Assembly (NCBI GenBank): GCA_964430565.1 | Contig: CAYSFD010000056.1 | Coordinates: forward strand, 34,888-98,887 | Reading direction: 5' to 3' | DNA from: an uncultured Enterobacteriaceae bacterium | Lineage (GTDB): Bacteria; Pseudomonadota; Gammaproteobacteria; Burkholderiales; SG8-39 | DNA length: 64,000 nucleotides | Part shown: one piece after another, positions 44,791 to 53,843 of the stretch | How positions within the stretch are numbered: position 1 is the first letter of the stretch | Layout: each line of letters opens with the position of its first letter | Program-made: the position numbers and the translations under genes | The notes under the pieces: generated by a model | Databases searched by the model: none | Seen by the model: the letters and a program-made list of their open reading frames with translations, nothing else | What the model was told of the DNA's origin: nothing

Positions 44791-45171
44791 CTACTCCAGT
44801 GTGACGGTAATCGTATCGCCGCTCCGCACCGACGCGAGCCGCCTTGCCTCGCCGTCGATTCTCCCGAGCACGTTGCAGCGGGTCACGAGCTTTGGCTCGT
44901 CTCCCTCCGATATGGGAGTGCGTCCCCAGGGCAGCGCGAGCGAGCTGCCTTCGACCCAGAAACAGATCGTTCCGGGAGGCACGACCTGCTTCGCATCCTT
45001 CTCAAGAGGCACCTTCATCGGAGTCTCGAAGTAAACCTCCTCGCCCCAGGTTTGAGCTTTTGCCTTGAGCGGCAGCGCGGCGACGAGGGCGCGCGCTGTG
45101 GGCGTGTCGTTCAGCGAGGCGCTCGCCACGCCTCTGGGCCAGGCGATTCGAACTCTTGCGTAGTGACTCAT
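44791..45171 (-). CDS. cyclophilin-like fold protein (uncharacterized)
   Basis: 126 aa reading ...[18 protein letters not shown]...[11 protein letters not shown]...[18 protein letters not shown], the pattern of the cyclophilin-like small-protein family. Its ATGA overlaps the recJ stop. Confidence 0.7.
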   Translation of the reverse strand: MSHYARVRIAWPRGVASASLNDTPTARALVAALPLKAKAQTWGEEVYFETPMKVPLEKDAKQVVPPGTICFWVEGSSLALPWGRTPISEGDEPKLVTRCNVLGRIDGEARRLASVRSGDTITVTLE

Positions 45172-46943
45172 GTTCCGATCTTCTCCCAATGTTCGATCAC
45201 CAACTGCAGAGTTTGCGCGCCGTTGAACTCGTTGACCGAGAGCCGGTACGCGGCGCGCATGCGCGAGGGCAGGGGATCGAGTGAGTTGAAGCGCATCGCC
45301 TCGACGGGGCGCCCGCCGCGCGAGAGTTTGAGCTTGGTGTGCTTCTCGCCCACCACGCGCTGGCCGAGGACCTCGAACTCGTCGCAGAAAAGCGGCTGCG
45401 GAAAGCCCTGGCCCCAGATCTGCCCTTCGAGCAACTGCGCCAGGCTGAGATCGAGATAGGCCGGCTCGAGCGATCCGTCGGTTTCGACCACTCGCGCAAG
45501 CTGCCCCGGCGAGAGCAGTTCGTGGGCCACGGACTCGAAAGCCTCTGCGAAACGTGAAAAATCCGCCGCGCGCAGCGTCAGTCCGGCGGCGGCGGCATGG
45601 CCGCCGAAGCGCACCAGCAGCCCCGGCGCGCGCTTCGCGACGAGATCGAGCGCGTCGCGCAGATGCAATCCGGCGATCGAGCGGCCTGAGCCCCGGATCT
45701 CGTCGCTATTCCCTGGTGCGAAAGCGAAGGTCGGCCGGTGGTGGCGCTCCTTCACGCGGCCGGCGAGGATGCCGATCACGCCCTGGTGCCAGGTCGGATC
45801 GTAGAGGCTGATGCTGCAGGAGTCGCCTACGGAAAGCTTGGCCAGAAGCTCATCGGCCTGTGCCTGCATGTCAGCCTCGATCACGCGCCGCTCGCGGTTG
45901 AGGTCGTCGAGCTGTCGGGCGATTTCGAGGGCCCGTCCACGGTTCGTCGTGACCAGGCATTCGATTCCCAGGCTCATGTCGGAAAGGCGCCCTGCGGCGT
46001 TCAGCCGCGGACCGAGCAGAAAGCCGAGATCGAAACCGCTTGCGCGCGACGGATCGCGCCCGGCGACGGCAAACAGCGCGCGCACGCCTTCCTGCATTCG
46101 ACCTGCGCGGATGCGCTTCAGGCCCTGCGACACGAGCACGCGGTTGTTGAAATCGAGGGGCACAACGTCGGCAACCGTGCCGAGCGCAAGGAGGTCGAGC
46201 AGATCGGCGAGGTTCGGCTCCAGCCTATCGGTCCGGCCGAAGGCCGGCGCGACGCTCCCCGCTGCCTTCGGGAGAGGGGTTGGGCATGGGGGCTCGCGCG
46301 AGTCCGCAAACCAATCTCGATTGCGAAGCTCCGCTCGCAGCGCCAGCATGACATAGAACATCACACCCACGCCCGCAATGCTCTTGCTCGGGAAAGAGCA
46401 GCCCGCCTGGTTGGGATTGACGATAGCCGCGGCGCGCGGCAGCTCGGCGCCCGGAAGGTGGTGATCGGTGACGATCACCTCGATGCCGAGCTGCCGCGCC
46501 GCCTCGACGCCCTCGACGCTCGCGATGCCGTTGTCCACCGTGATGAGCAGATCGGGCTTCGATTTCGCGGCGAGCGCCACGATCTCCGGCGTGAGCCCGT
46601 AGCCAAACTCAAATCGATTGGGCACGAGATAGCCGACGTTCGCGCCGAACGCTGTCAAAGCGCGCATGCCGAGCGCGCAGGCGGTGGCGCCGTCGCAATC
46701 GTAGTCGGCGACAATCAGCATGCGCTTGCCTGCGGCGATCGCATCGGCGAGCAGCACCGCAGCACGCTCCGCGTTCAGCAGGTCGGAGGGGGGAATCAAC
46801 CCGGAGAGCGCGTCATCGACCTCACCGCGGCGGCTGATTCCACGCGCGGCGCAAACACGAGCGAGCACCGGATGCAAACCCTCGCGCACGAGCCGGTCCT
46901 GCGAGCGGAGTGGAACGTGGCGGGTAAGAATGCGCGATGTCAT
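45168..46943 (-). CDS. recJ: single-stranded-DNA-specific exonuclease RecJ
   Basis: 591 aa with DHH motifs (VADYDCDGATA, ITVDNG, VTDHH) and DHHA1 (GGHAAAAG). Confidence 0.93.
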   Translation of the reverse strand: MTSRILTRHVPLRSQDRLVREGLHPVLARVCAARGISRRGEVDDALSGLIPPSDLLNAERAAVLLADAIAAGKRMLIVADYDCDGATACALGMRALTAFGANVGYLVPNRFEFGYGLTPEIVALAAKSKPDLLITVDNGIASVEGVEAARQLGIEVIVTDHHLPGAELPRAAAIVNPNQAGCSFPSKSIAGVGVMFYVMLALRAELRNRDWFADSREPPCPTPLPKAAGSVAPAFGRTDRLEPNLADLLDLLALGTVADVVPLDFNNRVLVSQGLKRIRAGRMQEGVRALFAVAGRDPSRASGFDLGFLLGPRLNAAGRLSDMSLGIECLVTTNRGRALEIARQLDDLNRERRVIEADMQAQADELLAKLSVGDSCSISLYDPTWHQGVIGILAGRVKERHHRPTFAFAPGNSDEIRGSGRSIAGLHLRDALDLVAKRAPGLLVRFGGHAAAAGLTLRAADFSRFAEAFESVAHELLSPGQLARVVETDGSLEPAYLDLSLAQLLEGQIWGQGFPQPLFCDEFEVLGQRVVGEKHTKLKLSRGGRPVEAMRFNSLDPLPSRMRAAYRLSVNEFNGAQTLQLVIEHWEKIGT

Positions 46944-46957
46944 TGAACGGAAGCCAT

Positions 46958-47051
46958 GTCATTCTGAGGGCCCTTCGCTTCGCTCGAGGGTAAACTCCGC
47001 CCGAAGAATCTGCTTCTCAAAAAACAGATCCTTCGCTTCGCTCAGGATGAC
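46958..47051. repeat. REP/MITE-like palindromic element, copy B
   Basis: 94 nt in the same orientation and with the same left arm as copy A. The right terminus is CTCAGGATGAC. It lies between the recJ start and the neighbouring gene's 3' end, and supplies the last codons and stop of that gene. Confidence 0.8.
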
Positions 47052-48069
47052 ATTCCCCTTGTGAATACACAGCAAGCGGCTTGCATCGCCGCCAGAAGTA
47101 GCGCAGGTCCAAGCGCACAATCTCGACTTCGAGCCGAGAATTCCCGCACGGCAGGGACAAGGTCAACATGCCGATTTGCCCGGACCGCAACGCGGCTAGA
47201 AGCGGCTCGAGCCAGTCGCGCTCAATCGTCGCGCGGTGCTCCAGGAAACCGGCGCTTTCGGCGTCGCTTTTCTCATTTCCGAGTGCGTCCATGAACACCA
47301 GCGCGACGCCGTCGTTTCCTGCGGCTGCGAGCATTGCGAGTGCGTCTTTCGGTAACGCCCGGGCCGGGATCGAGGCGGCGAGCGCCAAGCCTCGCGCCAG
47401 GGGATCGTCGCCGAAAACTGTAGAAAAAGGCCGGGTGCCCGAGTCGGCTAGCGTTCCCCCGCCCCAGAACCAGATGCTGTTCAGCACTGGGTCCCCGCGC
47501 ACCTCGCGAGCGGCGTTGACGGGGTGCTCGTGCAGGAGCATCTGCGCCTCGTTCATCCGCGCGTGAAAGGGCATCGCATCGGGCCCGGAGGGAAGGTTTT
47601 CCTCGATCGCCGCCCCGCTTGCGGCACAAGGTGGCGTCGTGTGCATGTCCGGCGCTCCCTGGAGCCGCACATACCAGCGTGCCGGCTGCATGGCGTAGAA
47701 GAGCATCGTCTCGCCGAAATGGCGGTTGAGCGTCTCGACCAGCGCATCGGCTTCGGCGCGCGACACGTCGAACGAGGCGCCATCGTCGAGGCTCAAGCTG
47801 TCGCGACCCTCACGTAGGTGTACCGGGTCGGCGCGCATCCAGAAGTTCCGTTCGGGCGCGCCTCCGTCCGCAAGCAGCGTGTAGGGGGCGACGGGCCAAT
47901 CGCGCTGCCTGGGTACCGAGAAGCGCTCGAACAGCCAGGCTTCATGCGCTGTGGAGGCTATCCGTCTGCGGCGTCCCCGAGCGATCAGCGTTTCCGCCGC
48001 CGCGAGACGTTGCTCGGCGTGCGCCCGCTCGACGGAAACAAAATTCGGAACATACAGATGGCAATGCAT
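47017..48069 (-). CDS. conserved hypothetical protein (C-terminus encoded by REP copy B)
   Basis: 350 aa with high GC3, divergent from lolC. No motif was recognised. The last ~11 residues (...ECHPERSEGSVF) and the stop codon lie within repeat copy B. Confidence 0.6.
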   Translation of the reverse strand: MHCHLYVPNFVSVERAHAEQRLAAAETLIARGRRRRIASTAHEAWLFERFSVPRQRDWPVAPYTLLADGGAPERNFWMRADPVHLREGRDSLSLDDGASFDVSRAEADALVETLNRHFGETMLFYAMQPARWYVRLQGAPDMHTTPPCAASGAAIEENLPSGPDAMPFHARMNEAQMLLHEHPVNAAREVRGDPVLNSIWFWGGGTLADSGTRPFSTVFGDDPLARGLALAASIPARALPKDALAMLAAAGNDGVALVFMDALGNEKSDAESAGFLEHRATIERDWLEPLLAALRSGQIGMLTLSLPCGNSRLEVEIVRLDLRYFWRRCKPLAVYSQGECHPERSEGSVF

Positions 48070-48112
48070 GGAGCTGTTTCGAGTTTAGCACCGGTTATGG
48101 CACACTTCGCCC

Positions 48113-49366
48113 GTGCGTTACGAATTGTTCGTCGGTCTGCGCTTCACCCGCGCCCGGAAAAGAAATAGCGGCCGCAACCACTTCATCTCGTTCATCTCTC
48201 TGGTGTCGATGCTCGGCATCGCGCTCGGTGTCGCGGCGTTGATCGTGGTGCTGTCGGTGATGAACGGGTTCCAGAAGGAAGTGCGCGCGCGCATCCTCGG
48301 TGTCGCCTCGCACGTGCAGCTCACCGGGGCCGACAATCGTCTCGCCGACTGGCAGGCGGTGGCAAAGGAAGCCGCCGAGCATCCGCAGGTTGTGGCGGCG
48401 GCTCCGTTCGTGAACGCGCAAGGGATGCTGTTGTTCGGCGCCGCTGTTCGGGGGGCGGTGGTGCGCGGAATCGTGCCGCAGCTCGAGGAGAAAGTCGCCG
48501 ACATCGGCCGGAACATGGTGGCGGGCAAGCTCGACGCGCTTGCTCCCGGGGAGTTCGGCATCGTGCTCGGCGCTGAACTCGCCCGCGCGCTCGGCGCCGT
48601 GCCTGGCGACAAGGTCACGCTGATCGCGCCGCAGGGTCTGGTGACCCCGGCAGGCATTCTCCCGCGGCTCAAGCAATTCACCGTGGCGGGCCTCTTCGAG
48701 GTCGGCATGTTCGAGTACGACTCGGGTCTTGCTCTCATCCACATCGCAGACGCGCAGAAGCTCTACAGCATGGCGGACAACGTCTCGGGAGTACGGCTCA
48801 AGCTCCAGGATCTGTTTCAGTCGAGGGAAGTCACGCGCGACCTGATGGCGCGCCTGCGTGGCGATATCTACATCTCGGACTGGACCCGCAGTCACGCCAA
48901 TTTCTTTCGCGCGGTGCAGATCGAGAAGACCATGATGTTTATCATCTTGCTGCTGATCGTCGCGGTGGCGGCGTTCAACATCGTCTCGACGCTGGTGATG
49001 GCGGTCACCGACAAGCAGCCCGACATCGCCATCTTGAGGACGCTCGGCGCGAGCCCCGGCGCGATCATGCAGATCTTCATCGTCCAGGGCGCGCTGATCG
49101 GGGTGATCGGCATGCTGATCGGTGTGGGCAGCGGGATCCTGCTCGCGATCAACATCGACGTGGTGGTGCCGTTCCTCGAGCGCCTGTTGAGCATCCGGTT
49201 CCTGTCGCGGGAGGTGTATTACATCACCGAGCTGCCCTCCGATCTGCAGCGCAGCGACGTCATCGTGATCGCCCTGGTCTCGCTCGCGCTTTCGCTCCTG
49301 GCGACGATCTATCCGAGCTGGCGCGCATCGCGCGTCAATCCCGCCGAGGCGCTGCGCTATGAGTGA
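48113..49366 (+). CDS. lolC: lipoprotein-releasing ABC transporter permease LolC/LolE
   Basis: GTG start, [18 protein letters not shown]...[25 protein letters not shown], with a MacB-like periplasmic domain and an FtsX C-terminus. Confidence 0.9.
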   Translation: MRYELFVGLRFTRARKRNSGRNHFISFISLVSMLGIALGVAALIVVLSVMNGFQKEVRARILGVASHVQLTGADNRLADWQAVAKEAAEHPQVVAAAPFVNAQGMLLFGAAVRGAVVRGIVPQLEEKVADIGRNMVAGKLDALAPGEFGIVLGAELARALGAVPGDKVTLIAPQGLVTPAGILPRLKQFTVAGLFEVGMFEYDSGLALIHIADAQKLYSMADNVSGVRLKLQDLFQSREVTRDLMARLRGDIYISDWTRSHANFFRAVQIEKTMMFIILLLIVAVAAFNIVSTLVMAVTDKQPDIAILRTLGASPGAIMQIFIVQGALIGVIGMLIGVGSGILLAINIDVVVPFLERLLSIRFLSREVYYITELPSDLQRSDVIVIALVSLALSLLATIYPSWRASRVNPAEALRYE

Positions 49367-50036
49367 AGTGCTGGCCTGCCGCGATCTGCGCAAGACTTTC
49401 CGCGAGGGAAGGGAAGCGGTGCGGGTGCTTCAGGGGGTGTCGCTGAAGGTCGAAGAGGGAGAAATAGTCGCCATCGTCGGCGCTTCAGGCTCGGGCAAGA
49501 GCACACTGCTGCACCTGCTCGGCGGACTGGACGATCCAAGCTCGGGGGAGGTGGACGTCATGGGGCGGCCGATGCACAGCCTTCCGGACGCCGAACGCGG
49601 ACGGGTACGCAACCGCTCGCTCGGTTTCGTATACCAGTTCCATCACTTGTTGATGGAGTTTACCGCGGTCGAGAACGTCGCGATGCCGCTGCTCATCCGG
49701 CGCACTGCGCCCGCCGAAGCGTACGCAGCCGCCGCGGCGGTCCTCAAGGAAGTGGGTCTCGGAGAGCGGCTCGATCACACGCCCGGTGAGCTTTCCGGAG
49801 GCGAGCGCCAGCGGGCGGCGCTCGCTCGCGCGCTCGTGACCGCACCCGCGTGCGTGCTCGCCGACGAACCCACGGGGAACCTCGATCGCCACACGGCAGA
49901 TACCGTGTTTGGGCTGATGCTCGAGCTGAATCGCACGCACGGCACCAGTTTCGTGATGGTGACGCATGAGCCCTCGCTCGCCGCCCAGGCGCACCGCGTG
50001 ATGAGGTTACAGGATGGGGTACTGGCGGGAGGGTGA
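49359..50036 (+). CDS. lolD: lipoprotein-releasing ABC transporter ATP-binding protein LolD
   Basis: Walker [10 protein letters not shown], signature LSGGERQR and Walker [12 protein letters not shown]. It overlaps lolC by 8 nt. Confidence 0.92.
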   Translation: MSEVLACRDLRKTFREGREAVRVLQGVSLKVEEGEIVAIVGASGSGKSTLLHLLGGLDDPSSGEVDVMGRPMHSLPDAERGRVRNRSLGFVYQFHHLLMEFTAVENVAMPLLIRRTAPAEAYAAAAAVLKEVGLGERLDHTPGELSGGERQRAALARALVTAPACVLADEPTGNLDRHTADTVFGLMLELNRTHGTSFVMVTHEPSLAAQAHRVMRLQDGVLAGG

Positions 50037-50054
50037 GTTAGCGTCTTGCTGGGC

Positions 50055-50396
50055 TCATCGCCCGAAAATGAGGACCAGTGCGATACCTATGGCGATTGCA
50101 GATATGGCAGTCGAGGCAACACAAAGAAAGAGTGCTCGGCGGAGCTTTACTTCTGCAATCGAAGCGGCTTGTTCCAGGGCTGCCACCGTGCTTTGCAATT
50201 GCGCCGCCAGCTCCTTGATGTGCGCCGCGTTCTGAGACGCTGCGGACTGAAGCTCCGTGATTTGCTGTTGCAGCAATAGCGTCTGATTGGCAACCGCATC
50301 AGCATTCTTCCGGGTGAATACCGGCGCGGCGGCTGAAATGATCGTGCCGATGTGAGGCAGAGCGGCCTTGAGTGCGGGAATTAGCCAAGCTGGCAT
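50055..50396 (-). CDS. hypothetical tail-anchored coiled-coil protein in a low-GC islet
   Basis: 113 aa with a Q/A-rich heptad-like middle (LLLQQQITELQSAASQNAAHIKELAAQLQSTVAALEQAASI) and a C-terminal TM (LFLCVASTAISAIAIGIALVLIF). The local GC is visibly lower than the flanks. Confidence 0.5.
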   Translation of the reverse strand: MPAWLIPALKAALPHIGTIISAAAPVFTRKNADAVANQTLLLQQQITELQSAASQNAAHIKELAAQLQSTVAALEQAASIAEVKLRRALFLCVASTAISAIAIGIALVLIFGR

Positions 50397-50457
50397 AAAT
50401 AGGTCCTAATAGAAGCTGATAATCTAGTTGACAGACCGGCGGTCTGTAAAGCGCCCA

Positions 50458-51015
50458 CTACCCGCTTCCCGCGCGTCGCCGCTTGCGCCTGCGCCAGGCG
50501 AGAATCACGTGCGTACGCCAGGCGAGCTGGACGAATACGTAGCCCGCGACGGCAAGTCCCACTGCGAGCGCCAGCAGTCCGACTGCGAGCTGCTTGCCAT
50601 GCGACAGCACCCAGTCGAAATAAGCGCGCACCGATGCGCCCAGGTGCGACCAATCGATATCGGGCGCATAGCTCAACGCCGCCCCGTCGGCTGCGACGAA
50701 TACCGCGCCGATTCCATAAGCGATGACATAGAGCGGCACGATGGTGAACGGGTTGCTGTAGAGCGTGACGACCACCGCGACGGGCAGATTGACGCGGAAC
50801 GCGACCGCGAGCAACGCCGCGACGGTGAACTGCACCGGGTTGCTGCCGGGTATCAGTCCGGCGAACATGCCTGCCGCCACGCCGCCTGACACCGATCGGC
50901 GGTTGAGGTGCCACAAGTTGGGGTGAAGCAGCAGCGTGCCGAAGCGCGCGATATGCCGGTTCTGCCTGATCGACTCGTGGCTCGGCAGGAACTTGCGGAA
51001 GAATTTGCGCGGCAT
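50458..51015 (-). CDS. DUF2062 domain-containing membrane protein
   Basis: MPRKFFRKFLPSHESIRQNR...LHPNLWHLNRRSVSGGVAAGMFAGLIP matches the DUF2062 N-terminal pattern. It has 3-4 TM helices. Confidence 0.75.
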   Translation of the reverse strand: MPRKFFRKFLPSHESIRQNRHIARFGTLLLHPNLWHLNRRSVSGGVAAGMFAGLIPGSNPVQFTVAALLAVAFRVNLPVAVVVTLYSNPFTIVPLYVIAYGIGAVFVAADGAALSYAPDIDWSHLGASVRAYFDWVLSHGKQLAVGLLALAVGLAVAGYVFVQLAWRTHVILAWRRRKRRRAGSG

Positions 51016-51093
51016 CGGCTGTGTCCGGCCTCCTTCGAGGCAGGAACAAGCATATCAACCTTGGGGAGTTCTCGACCCGTCGTCGGTGACGAT

Positions 51094-51465
51094 CTACTTC
51101 GCCACGTACTTCACGCCTTCGACGCCGTCGAAATCAGCATCCTGCGTCCAGAAGGTGGCGCCATGGGTCTGCGCGGTGATGAGCATGATGCTGTCGGCCA
51201 TCGGCAGGCGGCGCTCGATGCTCGCCTTCGCAGCTGAGAGCGCAATGGCTGCCGTCAGGTCGACGATCTGCCCCTGCTGCATCAACGCTACCGCCTGCAA
51301 GGCCTGCCCCTCGCCTCGCTGTTGCAGCACGCGTTTGAATACCTCGTAAAGGCTCAGCGTCGGGACCAGTAGCTCGCGCGTGGCCTCGATCGCCGGGACA
51401 AAGAACGCGGCGTTGGGGCCGTCGGCGAAATACTCCAACCAGCCGGAAGAATCGACGACGTTCAC
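51094..51465 (-). CDS. vapC: PIN-domain toxin VapC
   Basis: 123 aa with VVDSSGWLEY (first acidic residue) ... and TQDADF (C-terminal acidic residues). It has a 4-nt overlap with the upstream antitoxin gene. Confidence 0.85.
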   Translation of the reverse strand: MNVVDSSGWLEYFADGPNAAFFVPAIEATRELLVPTLSLYEVFKRVLQQRGEGQALQAVALMQQGQIVDLTAAIALSAAKASIERRLPMADSIMLITAQTHGATFWTQDADFDGVEGVKYVAK

Positions 51466-51668
51466 GCGCGATCGTCCCCGCGCGGCACGTCCGTATCCAC
51501 GCCTTTGAGGAACCCCCGCATCTTCTTCAGCGGCCGCTGCGGGATCAGCTCGATGCGGTTCTCATACGCAATCGCCTGCACCTTCTGGCCGGGGGCGAGC
51601 TTGAGCGACTCGCGGATGTTCTTGGGAATGACAACCTGGAACTTGGGGGAAATCGTGACGGTTTTCAT
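51462..51668 (-). CDS. vapB: AbrB/MazE/SpoVT-type antitoxin VapB
   Basis: 68 aa with a swapped-hairpin motif, KFQVVIPKNIRESLKLAPGQKV. The candidate promoter TTGATC-N17-CATAAT (51706-51678, minus strand) has an AGGAAG SD. Confidence 0.8.
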   Translation of the reverse strand: MKTVTISPKFQVVIPKNIRESLKLAPGQKVQAIAYENRIELIPQRPLKKMRGFLKGVDTDVPRGDDRA

Positions 51669-51753
51669 GGACTTCCTATTATGGTATCGATCGGATGGCG
51701 GATCAAGCGGCGAGTAGAAACGCAGGCTAGCCGTTTTCGGACCTTACGCCGTC

Positions 51754-53250
51754 ATGTCCGAAAATGGCGAGCAGCCGCCGCCTCCCACTCCCATAATGGC
51801 GCCCATGACGCTGGATTCCGCCACCTGCTACCGGGCCCTGAGGGCGCGCGACGCGCGCTTCGACGGGCGCTTCTTCGTCGCCGTGTCCTCGACGCGCATC
51901 TACTGCCGCCCGGTGTGCACGGTGAAGCCTCCGAAGCGCGAGAACTGCCGCTTCTATCCCAGCGCCGCCGCCGCCGAGTCGGACGGCTACCGGCCCTGCC
52001 TGCGCTGCCGGCCCGAACTCGCGCCGGGCAACGCCAGCGTGGACGCGACGTCGCGCCTGGCGCAGGCCGCGGCGAGTCTGATCGAGGACCTTGCGCTCGA
52101 CGCCGAAGGGCTGGAGGCGGTCGCGTCTCGCCTGGGCATCACCGACCGGCACCTGCGCCGCGCGTTCGGCGCCGAGTTCGGCGTCTCGCCCGTGGAGTTC
52201 GCGCAGACGCAGCGCCTGCTCCTTGCCAAGCGCCTGCTCACCGATACGGCGCTGCCGGTCACCCAGATCGCGTTCTCCAGCGGCTTCGGCAGCCTGCGGC
52301 GCTTCAACGCGCTGTTCAAGCAGCGCTACCGCCTGCAGCCCGGGCAGCTGCGCCGGCACATGCGCGGCGCGGCGGCGCCCGCGGCCGATGCACTGACCTT
52401 CGAGTTGAGCTTCCGGCCGCCCTACGACTGGCCGGCTGTGAGTGCTTTTCTCGGCGCGCGCGCCATCCCCGGAGTGGAGGCGTTCGAGGACGGCTGCTAC
52501 CGCCGCACGGTGCGCGTGGCGCAGGACAGCAAGGAATATGTCGGCTGGATCGAGGTCGCGTTGTCGCCGAAAAAGCCGGCGCTGCGCGTCGCCCTCTCCG
52601 CGTCGCTCGCCCGCGTGCTGCCGCCGGTGCTCTCGCGCGTCAAGGCGCTCATGGACCTGGCCTGCAATCCGGTCGAAGTGTCGCAAGGCTTGGGTGCTCT
52701 GGCGCGGAAGCATCCCGGCATGCGCGTCCCCGGCGCCTTCGACGGATTCGAAGTGGCAGTGCGCGCGATCCTCGGCCAGCAAGTCAGTGTCGCCGCGGCG
52801 CGCACCATCGCGGGCCGCTTCGCGCAAGCGCTCGGCGATCCGGTCGCCACCCCGTTCGGCGCGCTCACCACGGTGTTTCCGACTGCCGCGCGCGTTGCCG
52901 ACACGGCGCCGGGTGGCATCGCGCGCCTGGGAATGCCGGGGGCGCGCGCCCGCACGGTGATCGCGCTCGCACGTGCCGTGGCAGATGGCAGCCTCGTGCT
53001 CATGCCCAATGCCGACATCGAGGTGACGCTCGAGCGGCTGCGCGCGCTGCCGGGCGTGGGCGAATGGACGGCGCAGTACATCGCGATGCGCGCGCTCGCC
53101 TGGCCGGACGCCTTTCCCCATACCGACCTGGGCGTCATGAAGGCGCTTGGGACGCGCGACGCGCGCCGGGTGCTGTCGGCCGGCGAGGTCTGGCGGCCGT
53201 GGCGCGCGTATGCCGTGATGCACCTCTGGAACTCACTAGCAAAGGACTGA
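51754..53250 (+). CDS. Ada-like Zn-binding/AraC regulator fused to DNA-3-methyladenine glycosylase II (AlkA)
   Basis: The N-terminal Cys cluster (YCRPVCTVKPP...CRFY...PCLRCRPE) is an Ada metal-binding domain. It is followed by an AraC HTH (LAKRLLTDTALPVTQIAFSSGFGSLRRFN), an AlkA N-domain and HhH-GPD (LPGVGEWTAQYIAMRAL...D). Confidence 0.85.
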   Translation: MSENGEQPPPPTPIMAPMTLDSATCYRALRARDARFDGRFFVAVSSTRIYCRPVCTVKPPKRENCRFYPSAAAAESDGYRPCLRCRPELAPGNASVDATSRLAQAAASLIEDLALDAEGLEAVASRLGITDRHLRRAFGAEFGVSPVEFAQTQRLLLAKRLLTDTALPVTQIAFSSGFGSLRRFNALFKQRYRLQPGQLRRHMRGAAAPAADALTFELSFRPPYDWPAVSAFLGARAIPGVEAFEDGCYRRTVRVAQDSKEYVGWIEVALSPKKPALRVALSASLARVLPPVLSRVKALMDLACNPVEVSQGLGALARKHPGMRVPGAFDGFEVAVRAILGQQVSVAAARTIAGRFAQALGDPVATPFGALTTVFPTAARVADTAPGGIARLGMPGARARTVIALARAVADGSLVLMPNADIEVTLERLRALPGVGEWTAQYIAMRALAWPDAFPHTDLGVMKALGTRDARRVLSAGEVWRPWRAYAVMHLWNSLAKD

Positions 53251-53252
53251 CC

Positions 53253-53738
53253 ATGCACAGCTACGACTACTTTCAAAGCCCCCACGGACGCATGCTGCTG
53301 GTTGCCGACGGTAAGGCGTTGACCGGTGTGTACTTCACAGGGCAGAAGCACCATCCGCGCATCGGGGCGGATTGGGAGCGCGACGCGCGGCATCCGCCGG
53401 TGCGCCAGGCGAAGCGCGAGCTGGCCGAGTACTTCTCGGGCAGGCGTAAGCGCTTCTCCGTCAAACTTGCGCCGCGCGGCACGCCGTTCCAGCGTTCGGT
53501 GTGGAAGGCGATCGCAGGCGTCGGCTTCGGCAAGACCATCGCCTATGCAGAACTCGCGCGGCGCGCGGGCCGTCCGGGCAGTGCGCGCGCCGCGGGCGCG
53601 GCGACCGGGCGCAACCCCATCGGTATTATCGTGCCCTGCCACCGCATCGTCGGGTCGAATGGCGCGCTGACCGGCTACGCGGGCGGTCTCGGGAAAAAGC
53701 GTGCTTTGCTCGCACTCGAGGTGCTATACCACGTCTGA
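53253..53738 (+). CDS. ogt: methylated-DNA--protein-cysteine methyltransferase
   Basis: 161 aa with the active-site motif IVPCHRIV and the helix GRNPIGIIVP. It starts 3 nt after the ada/alkA stop. It lies at the 3' end of a spurious 685-aa ORF-track entry. Confidence 0.9.
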   Translation: MHSYDYFQSPHGRMLLVADGKALTGVYFTGQKHHPRIGADWERDARHPPVRQAKRELAEYFSGRRKRFSVKLAPRGTPFQRSVWKAIAGVGFGKTIAYAELARRAGRPGSARAAGAATGRNPIGIIVPCHRIVGSNGALTGYAGGLGKKRALLALEVLYHV

Positions 53739-53843
53739 GTGGTTGCTACACTCGTTTTTTCGGCCGCAGGCGAGGGGACAAGCATATCAACCTTCGGAGT
53801 TCTCGGCCGTTAAGCGGGGAATGGAAAGCGCCGCCGCCCGTCG

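Noticed and set aside
48078-48110. TTAGCACCG... resembles the left half of a CIRCE element, in the spacer upstream of lolC.
   Set aside because: The right half-site (GAGTGCTAA) is absent, and the location has no heat-shock context.
51681-53252. The first ~524 codons of the 685-aa ORF 51681-53738, in a frame overlapping the ada/alkA gene.
   Set aside because: This stretch is an Arg/Ala/Pro-rich nonsense-looking translation. Only the last 161 codons (53253-53738) make a real protein (Ogt with PCHR). The Ada/AlkA frame (51754-53250) carries the true motifs.
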